Assembly: GCA_049516395.1 (NCBI GenBank)
Contig: JBEKTD010000007.1
Location: 47,853 to 111,852, forward strand
From: Sedimentisphaerales bacterium
GTDB lineage: Bacteria; Planctomycetota; Phycisphaerae; Sedimentisphaerales; Anaerobacaceae
Direction of reading: 5' to 3'
DNA length: 64,000 nt
This document shows, piece after piece, positions 43,826 through 53,068 of the stretch. Made by a program: the position numbers and the translations under genes. The notes under the pieces were generated by a model. It made no database searches and was not told the origin of the DNA. It saw nothing but the letters and a program-made list of their open reading frames with translations. Numbering within the stretch: position 1 is the stretch's first letter; the number at the start of each line of letters is the position of its first letter.

Positions 43826-45244
43826 ATGAACACGAATAATAACCAACTTCGCACGGTGTTGTTCGCCGTGACCGTTCTGGTCTTTCTGACCAGCGTCCTC
43901 GCACACGCCGATAACACGCCGCTCATCATTACACCGGGGACCGGCGATTTGTTCTACGGAACTGATCCTTCTGTTACCTTAGGAAACTTGTTCCAAGTTG
44001 GAGCCGAACCGATAACCATTACTTCGCTCGGATTTTTCGACGCCGGGACACCCGGCTTGAACCAAAGCCATTCTGTCGGATTGTGGACAACATCCGGCAC
44101 ACTCCTTGCCAGAGTAGATTTCTCGCCGGGGCTGAACGGCTTCGAGAAAAACGGATTTATTTATCAAAACCTGCCCAACCAGGTGGTTCTGCAGCCCGGC
44201 GTGTCCTACGTCCTGGGTGCGTATTACCCGACTGGCTCAACGGATGGCTTGTATGTCAACGACACCATCCAGTATGAGACATGGGCATCTTCTGTCACTT
44301 TCAACGGATTAGGGCGCTACACACCAATCGGGGCCGGTTTTATCTTCCCCAATCTTACAGTAAGCGGCCTTTCCTATGTCGGACCCAACGCATTATACGC
44401 CGTCCCCGAACCGGCCAAATATAGCGGTGGAACGGGTGAACCGACCGACCCCTACCAAATCGCTTCCGCTGCTGACCTGCTTGCACTGGCCGCTAATACC
44501 GCGGATTACGGCGAATGCTTTATCCTTACGGCAGATATTAATATGGGAGGGCAGGTCTTTACGACGGCAATCATTGCCGCTGATTATGAACCTGCCTTTA
44601 CAGGAACGTTTGACGGCAACGGACACAAAATCACACACTCTACCATCACTGGCGGAAATAATTCCTGCCTCGGTTTATTTGGCTACATCGGCTCCGGCGG
44701 CTCGGTTAAAAATCTCGGTATCGAGAACTGTTCTGTTAGTGGTTTTAATTATATCGGCGGTCTGGTGGGAGTAAACGAAGGCAGTATCAGCGATTGCTAT
44801 TCGACGGGTTCGGTTAGCGGTGTTTACGGTTCTTATGGCGGTGTTTCCGGTTCTTATTCTGTCGGCGGTCTGGTGGGAAGTAATGATCAAGGCAGTATCA
44901 GCAATTGCTATTCGACGGGTTCGACGAGTGCGGTCAACATCTTGTGGGGTACTATAGGCGGTCTGGTGGGATGGAATAACGGCAGTGTTTCCGGTAGTTT
45001 CTGGGATACACAGACTTCCGAGCAGATGACCAGCGACGGAGGGACGGGCAAGACAACGGCGGAAATGAAAATGCTTTCAACATTTACCTCGGCAGGATGG
45101 GATTTTGTCGAAATCTGGGGTATAGGCGAAAATCAGACATATCCGTATCTAAGAACTGAGCCGGCTGGGGACTTGAATCACGATAAAAAAGTTGACTTTG
45201 AGGATTTCGCAATACTCGCCTCGCACTGGCTGGAGGGAATTTGA
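43826..45244 (+). CDS. secreted DUF4082-like + GLUG-repeat protein ending in a dockerin-like repeat (paralog of the upstream gene)
   Basis: ITITSLGFFDAGTPGLNQSHSVGLWTTSGTLLARVDF (DUF4082-like). GLUG units are present. The C-terminal 78 aa are nearly identical to the corresponding stretch (about aa 415-493, ending at the dockerin-like repeat) of the upstream gene. Confidence 0.75.
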   Translation: MNTNNNQLRTVLFAVTVLVFLTSVLAHADNTPLIITPGTGDLFYGTDPSVTLGNLFQVGAEPITITSLGFFDAGTPGLNQSHSVGLWTTSGTLLARVDFSPGLNGFEKNGFIYQNLPNQVVLQPGVSYVLGAYYPTGSTDGLYVNDTIQYETWASSVTFNGLGRYTPIGAGFIFPNLTVSGLSYVGPNALYAVPEPAKYSGGTGEPTDPYQIASAADLLALAANTADYGECFILTADINMGGQVFTTAIIAADYEPAFTGTFDGNGHKITHSTITGGNNSCLGLFGYIGSGGSVKNLGIENCSVSGFNYIGGLVGVNEGSISDCYSTGSVSGVYGSYGGVSGSYSVGGLVGSNDQGSISNCYSTGSTSAVNILWGTIGGLVGWNNGSVSGSFWDTQTSEQMTSDGGTGKTTAEMKMLSTFTSAGWDFVEIWGIGENQTYPYLRTEPAGDLNHDKKVDFEDFAILASHWLEGI

Positions 45245-45582
45245 TTTGTATTGGCAGTCGATTTGAACCATGATTGCGCTGTGGATTGGCTTAATATTTA
45301 GACTGCTAATCTGGGAATCCCATACCGGGGAAAATAAAACCGTTCTTCGATAAGAATTCCGCAGAGGATGGTTACCCATATTAACAACCGCCCCCTGCTG
45401 CCTTATGCCCCATATTTCCTATTTACCCTATCCTTTAAACTGCATTGATTTGAAACAATAATCTTGCTTCGTCGAGCGTTTTTATCCCTGTGATTTGTTA
45501 GTGCTGCTTTACAAATATGCAAGGAAGTGGTTTAATAACCTTTCAGCCGATGGAGGACTTAATATGTTTTTGAGAAAGGTGT

Positions 45583-47466
45583 ATGCCCGAAAGCAACGTT
45601 AATAGTAATGGCAATGATAAGGTGCCGATAGCAACCAGCAAGTCATTTCTGACTGCCGGGCCGACGCTACACTACAGCCATACTAATGTGCTCGGCTTCT
45701 GGCTGCTGACGATAACCGTCTTTGCCGTGACCTGCTTGTTCTGGTCAAAAATACTAACCGGCTCACCCTGGGCATTCAACCCCGACTCGGCGACGACGCC
45801 TTCGTCCTGGCAATTAGGCCGATTCCTCCTGACAGGCGTAAGCATCTTTGAATACCCCTGGCAAACACTCGTCCTCGCCCTGCTGATGGCGATAATGACA
45901 ATCGCGCCTATCCTCACGGCCCAGCTTCTCAGTTTCAGTTACAGTTTACCTTTGATTCTGGCCGTGTTTTTCCTCGCGGATTTACCCGCCTTCGCGGTCA
46001 GCTTGCTGATAAGCTGCCTAGCGGTTGCCTGTCGGCCCTTGCGGTTTCGTTCACGCATAACCTCGCTCGCATTGTGTATGCTCCCTCAGCTTATATACTG
46101 GGGCATTTTCGGCGGAGCCAGAAACGTCGAGCCGATTAAGTGGGGCTTTTCCTTCACACCATGGATTGGCGCCTGGCTTATTGGCCTTGGCGTAGCGGGT
46201 GCGGTGCTCGGCATCGGGCATTTCAGCCGGTACAGGCCGGGGCTTATCTGGTCAGCCATCACGATTCTGCTTGTTCTCGCGGTAATAACCTTCAGGTTAT
46301 GGATAGGGTTCGATGAGCTGGATTACCAGCTTTACATCGCCCGCAATAATCCGGAGCAGGTGGCAGAATTTCACGACCACAGTATTACCAAGGCAATCGA
46401 CCGCGCCATAAAAAATCCCGCCGTCGCGAAATACCTGGGCGGCTTTTTCTACCCGACTGAGCCGATAGCTTTACGCAAAGAATTAAAGGACGAAATCCAG
46501 GCACAGCTCGTTCACGACCGATGGCCGACGTGGTTTGTCGTCCCGCCGGAATTAAGATACCAGGAAAAAAGAGAATGGCTGCTTGAGCAATACGACTTGT
46601 TTATCAACCGCCGACCCAAAAGCAAGCGGATGCCAATCGCCCTGTATTACAAAGCCCTGTTGACCGAATACAGCCCCGATTATCGTCTGCTGGACGAGAA
46701 AGAAACACTTCATTTCTACAGCGATTACCCATTCGACCGTTCACGTGCCGTGTGGTTCCAGTTATACACCGGCTTTGCCAATAGCCCTGAATCGCTCGAA
46801 GCACGCTGGCGAATCGCAATGCAATGGGCGGGCCAGGCAAGGTTCGACGAGGCGCAAGCCATTATTGCCGAGGCCTCCAACTTGCTCGAAACACGTCTGA
46901 AACTTCTTGCCGGCGACCAGCCCGCCGAAGATTCGATATTCAGCATGTTCCGCCCGCCCCTCGATTCGGCGATGACCGTATCAAAACTAATGGAATTACA
47001 AAGAAAACTCAGCCAGTTGCGCACCCTTATCGGCCCGGATAACTACACCGCCAAACCGGATTCTGTAAAACGGCTGGCAAGATTTGTTACGCTAAACCAA
47101 AACAGTCCGGATTATGCAGGTCAGCTCGACGAACTGCTCTCCGAAATGGGCAAAAATGACCCCCTGCGTGACAACGTCCTGCTCGCACAGATTAAACTCA
47201 TACCCGATGAACAGCTCCTCGCCGAAAAACTCGCCGAAATGCACACGCAGCATTACCGCACCGACGGCGGTATGCAGGCGCTCTATGAGCTTTCCCTGCT
47301 CAGAATCCACTTCTGGCAGCAGCAAGACCCCGCAAACGCCGAACAAAAAAAGAAATATCTCGCGGACGCCAGGGCGACACTGACGGAATTTCTGCGTATG
47401 TACCCCAATAGTTTTCCCGCTGAGCAGGTGAAGAAAAATCTCGCCAGTTTACCCGCGGGCGATTGA
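45583..47466 (+). CDS. hypothetical polytopic membrane protein with a C-terminal helical (TPR-like) domain
   Basis: 627 aa. About 8 hydrophobic segments fall in the first 250 aa, followed by a helical soluble region. No family recognised. Confidence 0.6.
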   Translation: MPESNVNSNGNDKVPIATSKSFLTAGPTLHYSHTNVLGFWLLTITVFAVTCLFWSKILTGSPWAFNPDSATTPSSWQLGRFLLTGVSIFEYPWQTLVLALLMAIMTIAPILTAQLLSFSYSLPLILAVFFLADLPAFAVSLLISCLAVACRPLRFRSRITSLALCMLPQLIYWGIFGGARNVEPIKWGFSFTPWIGAWLIGLGVAGAVLGIGHFSRYRPGLIWSAITILLVLAVITFRLWIGFDELDYQLYIARNNPEQVAEFHDHSITKAIDRAIKNPAVAKYLGGFFYPTEPIALRKELKDEIQAQLVHDRWPTWFVVPPELRYQEKREWLLEQYDLFINRRPKSKRMPIALYYKALLTEYSPDYRLLDEKETLHFYSDYPFDRSRAVWFQLYTGFANSPESLEARWRIAMQWAGQARFDEAQAIIAEASNLLETRLKLLAGDQPAEDSIFSMFRPPLDSAMTVSKLMELQRKLSQLRTLIGPDNYTAKPDSVKRLARFVTLNQNSPDYAGQLDELLSEMGKNDPLRDNVLLAQIKLIPDEQLLAEKLAEMHTQHYRTDGGMQALYELSLLRIHFWQQQDPANAEQKKKYLADARATLTEFLRMYPNSFPAEQVKKNLASLPAGD

Positions 47467-47567
47467 TACCCCCCTGCTGCTAACCCCGAATTATCCGCAC
47501 ATAACAGGTGTTGACAATCACGTGCGTTTGCTTATGCTTTTGTCTTGTTTAGTGGAGATTTGACATT

Positions 47568-48305
47568 ATGCCTAATGTTGCGGCGATAATTTGTGCAGCA
47601 GGACCCGGTCGAAGATTCGGCGGTAAACGACATAAACAATTCGTCGATATCGGCGGTCGGGCCGCGTTCCTGCGCAGCGTCGAACTGTTCTCGAACCGCG
47701 AAGACGTCAAACAAATCCTTCTGGCTATCCCGCAGGAAGACCAGGAAATTGTGGAAATCCGCTATGGCGCCAATCTCTCGCTTTTCAACGTCAAGGTCCT
47801 CATAGGCGGCGCAACTCGTTTCGAAACCGTCAACAAGGCGCTCCAGTTATTAAAAGACGATATCGAGCTTGTCGCGATTCACGACGCCGCTCGATGCTGC
47901 GTAACAGCCAAATGGATTGAAGATTGCATAAAAACCGCCGCCAAAACCGGCGCCGCGATTCTCGCCTGCCCCGTTACCGCTACCCTCAAGGAAATCAAAG
48001 ATGGCTGTATAATAAAAAACGTTGACCGAAAAGGGCTTTACGAAGCGCAGACGCCCCAGGTCTTCGAGGTAAAGCTGTTGAAACAATCCCGCGAAAAAAT
48101 TGACAAGACAGACGCCGAGAAAATCACTGACGATTCGCAGTTGGTCGAAGCCCTTGGCCATAAGGTCTCGATTGTCGAGACCGATTCCTCGAACATCAAG
48201 ATTACATATCCTGCCGATGTCGCGATTGCTGAGGCCATTCTCAAGACCCGACCCGACCCGAAAAAAGAGGGCTACATCGGCCCATTCTATGAAGCCCAAT
48301 GGTAA
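47568..48305 (+). CDS. ispD: 2-C-methyl-D-erythritol 4-phosphate cytidylyltransferase
   Basis: AIICAAGPGRRFGGKRHKQF..., VAIHDAARCCV and the YEAQTPQVF motif. Confidence 0.88.
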   Translation: MPNVAAIICAAGPGRRFGGKRHKQFVDIGGRAAFLRSVELFSNREDVKQILLAIPQEDQEIVEIRYGANLSLFNVKVLIGGATRFETVNKALQLLKDDIELVAIHDAARCCVTAKWIEDCIKTAAKTGAAILACPVTATLKEIKDGCIIKNVDRKGLYEAQTPQVFEVKLLKQSREKIDKTDAEKITDDSQLVEALGHKVSIVETDSSNIKITYPADVAIAEAILKTRPDPKKEGYIGPFYEAQW

Positions 48306-48386
48306 TGTAACCGCTTTCCTACTCGTAACTTATATAAATCAGCAGTAACAAACCTCAAGAAAATTTCAAAAATCTTCTTTTTTTCA

Positions 48387-48415
48387 TTGACAAATACACG
48401 TTTATCGTGTAATTA
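48387..48415 (+). promoter_or_regulatory. sigma70-like promoter TTGACA-17-TAATTA with an embedded inverted repeat ACACG-tttat-CGTGT
   Basis: A consensus -35 and an AT-rich -10 lie about 45 bp upstream of ATG 48460. The palindrome sits inside the spacer, so it may be an operator. Confidence 0.45.
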
Positions 48416-48459
48416 TCAATGATGATAGATTAAACAAATATAATAGAAAGGAGAAATTT

Positions 48460-48981
48460 ATGAACGAATTCATAGAAAAAAACTCACGGCTTTTACGAAT
48501 GTATTGTCTGGTTGTCCGGACTATCGGGTGGTTTTTGCTTGCGGGCGGGGCGATGTGGCTGACCTATGGCTTTTCAGGTGTCTATATAATTCACAATAAA
48601 ACACAGCATCAGGAAGCTATGAAGGCCATGACTTTAGGGTGTTTTACGCTCGCCTGCGATTTCATTATCCCAGGGCTATTGGCATTTGCCATTTCACAAC
48701 TGCTTATTTATATTACCAGGCCCGAAGGCAAAGCCGGGCTGATGATGAGGATTGCCGACAAGCTGTGCTATTGCTACGCAGCATTTATATTCATCCAAAC
48801 CTTCAGAACCAGCTTATTGGTCATAAATAAGGCATCCGAAACATTACAGCTCTATAATTTATTTTTCAGTCAAGCGCTACTTTCGATTCCCATAATTGCT
48901 AAAATTTTAGTCCTAATCGGAGCGGGCGTGATAATCCGTCGGCTGCTGCCGGTAATTGATGAGTCAAAAACGCTGGTCTAA
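48460..48981 (+). CDS. DUF2975-like small membrane protein
   Basis: 173 aa with 4-5 TM segments. It sits immediately upstream of a YozG-type HTH gene, which is the usual pairing for this family. Confidence 0.6.
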   Translation: MNEFIEKNSRLLRMYCLVVRTIGWFLLAGGAMWLTYGFSGVYIIHNKTQHQEAMKAMTLGCFTLACDFIIPGLLAFAISQLLIYITRPEGKAGLMMRIADKLCYCYAAFIFIQTFRTSLLVINKASETLQLYNLFFSQALLSIPIIAKILVLIGAGVIIRRLLPVIDESKTLV

Positions 48982-48993
48982 GGAGGACAAAAG

Positions 48994-49215
48994 ATGATTA
49001 ATATTCGGCTCGATTACGTTCTTCTGGATAAGCGGATGAAACTAACGGAGCTTGCCGACGCGACCGGCATCGCCCTGAATAACCTCTCGGTCATGAAGAC
49101 CAACAAGGCGCGTGCGATTCGTTTTTCCACGCTCAACTCAATCTGCAAGGCCCTGAATTGCTCGCCTGGCGATTTGCTCGAATACCTCCCTGACCCGCCG
49201 AAACAACAAATTTAG
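48994..49215 (+). CDS. small HTH (XRE/Cro-type, YozG-like) transcriptional regulator
   Basis: 73 aa: MKLTELADATGIALNNLSVMKTNKARAIRFSTLNSICKALNCSPGDLLEY. An SD (aaggagg) precedes the ATG. Confidence 0.8.
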   Translation: MINIRLDYVLLDKRMKLTELADATGIALNNLSVMKTNKARAIRFSTLNSICKALNCSPGDLLEYLPDPPKQQI

Positions 49216-49252
49216 ACGCGGATTGCGCAGATTACGCTGTTTTTTCTATACG

Positions 49253-49972
49253 CTATACGCTGTACGCTGAACGCTGATTCCGAGTCACGAGCAACAAGTC
49301 ACGAGCGACGGTTATTAACCTCGCAAACAACGCCCTCGATTCCTCGCTTTCCGGCGGAAAGTTCAACCTCGCAAACTCGCCATAATATTTTTTAGCCGCT
49401 TCGTCATAAGCCCGTGCCGCTGCAATCTCGCTGTCGAACCTGCCTATCAATATTCGTTTCCCGTCATTCGTAATCCGACATTGCCAGTTGCTGTCCCTCT
49501 TGTAAAAATCTACGCCGATAAATCGCGACGAGGTGCTTTTCTTCTTTCGCCTGTTTTGTGTATTTTCCGCCCGCGTCGCAAAACGCAGATTGTTCTTTCG
49601 ATTATCCAGGGAATTGCAATTTTTGTGGTCAATTAATCTTTCATCGTTAGCATTCATTATCTCCCTGTGCATAGAAACCATTATTGTCTTATACGGTTCG
49701 ACAAATTTGTATCGGACGACGTATAAATTTTCTCCGCTGTTACCATTTCCATACACAATCCATTTGAAATGCTTGAGCCGATAATAATCGGCCTGCTCTA
49801 AAATAGTCCATTTGCCTTCGCCTAAGTAAATCCGCCGATATGTGTAGCCGAACTTGCACCACCGATAAACCATCACCGGCCACACAAAAATAAAATCTAA
49901 CCAGTTCATAATCTCAATCATCTTCATAATCCTCTCGCTTGCCCTCGACTCAAGCTCCGTTAGGAACCGCAA
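49253..49972 (-). CDS. HNH endonuclease fused to an AP2 DNA-binding domain (homing-endonuclease-like)
   Basis: IDHKNCNSLDNRKNNLRFATRAENTQN (HNH) followed by SSRFIGVDFYKRDSNWQCRI...GRFDSEIAAARAYDEAAKKYYGEFARLNF (AP2). The C-terminal codons run into a low-complexity repeat. Confidence 0.75.
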   Translation of the reverse strand: MRFLTELESRASERIMKMIEIMNWLDFIFVWPVMVYRWCKFGYTYRRIYLGEGKWTILEQADYYRLKHFKWIVYGNGNSGENLYVVRYKFVEPYKTIMVSMHREIMNANDERLIDHKNCNSLDNRKNNLRFATRAENTQNRRKKKSTSSRFIGVDFYKRDSNWQCRITNDGKRILIGRFDSEIAAARAYDEAAKKYYGEFARLNFPPESEESRALFARLITVARDLLLVTRNQRSAYSV

Positions 49973-50296
49973 TCAGGGGTCCATTATTAAGTCCAAAAGT
50001 TCCAAATCCAAAATTCAAACCAATACAAAATCACAAATCGAAAATCGGAAATCTGCCTGGAACTTCTGTTCCTGATGCCTTGCCCTCCCGGGGCTACTAC
50101 GGAGGAACTACGTCCCTCTATATATAGGGTGAAATTTGGTGGGTTTTAAGGACTTACGAAATAATTTTTTTCTGCCCGAAATTGGTAAGTCCTTGCAGGA
50201 CAAGGAATAAAAAAAATTTCAAAAATTACCAGATTTTTTTAGACCATCACAAGTGAGCGTTTGATTGAATTGCCTAAATTAACATCCCCCCGCCTT

Positions 50297-50314
50297 CGGC
50301 GGATAAATCTTGCC
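50297..50314 (+). repeat. 18-bp direct repeat, left copy (cggcggataaatcttgcc)
   Basis: A perfect match recurs at 51547..51564. The two copies bracket the 371-aa gene. The repeat is part of a ccgccttcggcgg hairpin-type dispersed element. Confidence 0.7.
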
Positions 50315-50368
50315 CTTTGTAAAAAATAGGTGACTGCACCTAGTTCTCCCATTTTTAAAATACCGAAA

Positions 50369-51484
50369 TCAAGATGGTATTATAATTCGGTTATTCACTC
50401 CTAATTTGTGTATCGTACCTGCGTACTGTTTTCGTTTGCTTGGCTCTATATATACATAATTGTGTCCAAAGATGGTCGGTTGAATACTTATAATAAAGGG
50501 TTTCTTGCAGAGCAAGACCTCGTAGTATGGAGGATTTATATTCGGACCAACGAAGAATTGGACTTTTACTTTTATGCAGTTATTACTTAGTTCTGCCAAA
50601 AAAATGTGTCCATAAAACGGAGGTTTACATCCGATTCTAAGATCATCAACGAAATATCCCTTTTTCTGGATTACGAACGTTTCAGTGTCGCCTTCTCCAT
50701 AACGTATGAATCGGCGCAGCGATTCAAATATATCTTCTGATCCGTTTAGATAACAATTATCTAAACCCATCCCTAAATAGTAATGAAATGCTATTTTTGT
50801 TATTGCTTGGAAATATCGCTTATCGAAAACTAAATTTCCTTTTGCCAATACCGGAAGAATTGGATTGTCTGATGTATGGCAAACTTCTTGTTCCCCGGAA
50901 AAAGGAATACCGGCTTGGTGAAATGCGCCAGCAACTTGTTCATATTGTTTTGGGGTTAAGCCAAAAAATTGTATCTGTCTTGGAATTGTATCGCCGATAA
51001 CATTCAATACCTCCGCAGATGTAAACGATTCAGGATTAATCCTAATGCACTTCTTATTCCCGTCTGCATAGACAAAATGAATTTGAGGCAGAGGAAGTGC
51101 TGGAGGCAGTTCACCGTCACCAACACCACCTGGTTCCAGCAAAACTCCATCGGTGCCAAGGTAATTTATTTTCATATCAATAGGACCTTGCCCTGCAAAA
51201 CGTCTGCGGAATGGCGACCTGTTTTCATCCTCCGCCAAACCAAGTTGTGTTCGTAGTAATGCAGCAAGACCATTATGAGTAAACTGATCTTCAGATTTTC
51301 CTATTTCGGTATCACACTCAGCGCATATGGTATTCAACAGCGTTGGCTGGTTTTCAAATGCACCGAGACTTCGGGGTAATATGTGAGCTTTGCAGAACTT
51401 TTTGTTTGCCCCACCACAATATATGCAAGATTTCATCTTAGTCATTATGTGTATTATTTTACGATTCTCTGACCCCAAAGGCAA
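50369..51484 (-). CDS. hypothetical protein with an N-terminal HNH/zinc-ribbon-like motif and a large unknown C-terminal domain
   Basis: CIYCGG..KFCKAHILPRSLG...CAECDTEIGK at the N-terminus. The remaining ~300 aa match no family I recognise. The gene is visibly more AT-rich than its surroundings. The start is probably ATG 51445 or 51436. Confidence 0.6.
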   Translation of the reverse strand: MPLGSENRKIIHIMTKMKSCIYCGGANKKFCKAHILPRSLGAFENQPTLLNTICAECDTEIGKSEDQFTHNGLAALLRTQLGLAEDENRSPFRRRFAGQGPIDMKINYLGTDGVLLEPGGVGDGELPPALPLPQIHFVYADGNKKCIRINPESFTSAEVLNVIGDTIPRQIQFFGLTPKQYEQVAGAFHQAGIPFSGEQEVCHTSDNPILPVLAKGNLVFDKRYFQAITKIAFHYYLGMGLDNCYLNGSEDIFESLRRFIRYGEGDTETFVIQKKGYFVDDLRIGCKPPFYGHIFLAELSNNCIKVKVQFFVGPNINPPYYEVLLCKKPFIISIQPTIFGHNYVYIEPSKRKQYAGTIHKLGVNNRIIIPS

Positions 51485-51546
51485 ATTATCTTGTATGCCC
51501 CAAAATTTAGCAGAGGAATTTTGACAGACAAATCCGCCAAAACAGA

Positions 51547-51564
51547 CGGCGGATAAATCTTGCC
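51547..51564 (+). repeat. 18-bp direct repeat, right copy
   Basis: Identical to 50297..50314. Confidence 0.7.
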
Positions 51565-51756
51565 TCTTTTTCTTGACTTTTCCAGCAAAAGGATATAATG
51601 AGAATCGCCTTTGCAGAATGGCACAAAAGGCACGAAGAAGTATGGAGAAGGGTATGAGAGAGAAAACGCATCTATATGAAGCAATCCACCTACATAAAAA
51701 TATGTGCGCACACAGTGCGATAAAACTTTTGTAATTTTTTTGAAGAGGAGAGAAAA

Positions 51757-52797
51757 ATGAAAAAGCATTTTATTATTACGATGGCCAGTGTTTTAATGTT
51801 AGTCGGCTCTGGGCAGGTGATGGCAGGAACACAATATAAAATTACCGACCTTGGGTCTTTAGGAGGAGGTGAGTCTCAGGCTCGGGGCATCAATAGCAGC
51901 GGTCAGGTTGTAGGGGAGAGTTATACGGCAAATTATGCCCAGCACGCCTTTTTGTATACTGGCACTACAATGAAGGACCTTGGGACTTTAGCGGGAAATT
52001 ACTCCTGGGCTTCCAGCATTAATAATAGCGGTCAAGTTGTAGGGGAGAGTAGTGGAAATTATGCCGACCACGCCTTTTTGTATAATGGTGTTTCAATGCA
52101 AGACCTTGGCAGTCTTAGCAATTTCTCTCAGGCTCGGGGCATCAATAGCAGCGGTCAGGTTGCAGGGGCAACTGGTGTTCCTGGATATGACAACACCCAC
52201 GCCTTTTTGTATACTGATACTACAATGAAGGACCTTGGGACTTTAGGGGGCAGTTGGTCTTGTGCTTACGGTATCAATGACAGCGGTCAGGTTGTAGGGG
52301 GGAGTTATACTACCGGAGATTCTGCAGAGCACGCCTTTTTGTATGATGGCACTACAATGAAGGACCTTGGGACTTTAGGGGGAACACAATCAGACGCTTT
52401 AGGCATCAATAACTATGGTCAGGTTGTAGGATACAGTGAGAACCATGCCTTTTTGTATGATGGCACTACAATGAAGGACCTTGGAACTTTAGGAGGAGGT
52501 GGGTCTTATGCTTATGGCATCAATGACAGTGGTCAGGTTGTAGGACAGAGTTGGACTGGAAATAATGCCATGCACGCCTTTTTGTATGACGGCACTACAA
52601 TGAAAGACTTAAATGCCCTGCTACCCACAGGCAGCGGCTGGGAATTAAGTGAAGCTTGCGGTATTAATGATTTAGGTCAAATTGCGGGAACTGGTAGTAT
52701 TAATGGTGCAAATCATGCTTTCCTGCTGACCCCAATCCCCGAACCCGCCACGTTATTTCTTCTCACCCTCGGCGGCCTGATTTTGCGAAAACGATAA
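51757..52797 (+). CDS. HAF-repeat extracellular protein with a PEP-CTERM sorting signal
   Basis: About 7 units of HAFLY(D/T)GTTMKDLGTLGG...A.GIN..GQVVG. C-terminus PIPEPATLFLLTLGGLILRKR. Confidence 0.8.
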   Translation: MKKHFIITMASVLMLVGSGQVMAGTQYKITDLGSLGGGESQARGINSSGQVVGESYTANYAQHAFLYTGTTMKDLGTLAGNYSWASSINNSGQVVGESSGNYADHAFLYNGVSMQDLGSLSNFSQARGINSSGQVAGATGVPGYDNTHAFLYTDTTMKDLGTLGGSWSCAYGINDSGQVVGGSYTTGDSAEHAFLYDGTTMKDLGTLGGTQSDALGINNYGQVVGYSENHAFLYDGTTMKDLGTLGGGGSYAYGINDSGQVVGQSWTGNNAMHAFLYDGTTMKDLNALLPTGSGWELSEACGINDLGQIAGTGSINGANHAFLLTPIPEPATLFLLTLGGLILRKR

Positions 52798-52821
52798 CCA
52801 CAGATTGCACAGATTACACTG
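52798..52821 (+). repeat. low-complexity 'cacagattacac' dispersed repeat copy
   Basis: ccacagattgcacagattacactg lies immediately after the stop codon. The same family occurs at 58388 and at 59034-59250. Confidence 0.6.
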
Positions 52822-53068
52822 AAGTAAAAGATTTGGCTGCGAGTTTTGATTACGTCAGGACTCGCAGCTTTTTATTTGTGTACTTTTGTGCCTTCTTGTG
52901 GCTATCCCCCCGCCTTCGGAGGCATCCAAATAACGATATACTAAATACTATCGACCAACGACTAATCAACTTTTTTCTTTCATTGTTTTTTCTGCGTGTT
53001 ATTGACAGCGTGCAGCGTAGAGCGGACAGAGGACAGTGTGGTCTTTCGTCTTGAATCCGCGGCGGCGG

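Noticed and set aside
49253-51564. Prophage remnant or integron cassette array
   Set aside because: There are no integrase, attC-like imperfect palindromes, or capsid/terminase genes. Only two nuclease-type genes and simple repeats are present, so I report it as a possible acquired islet instead.
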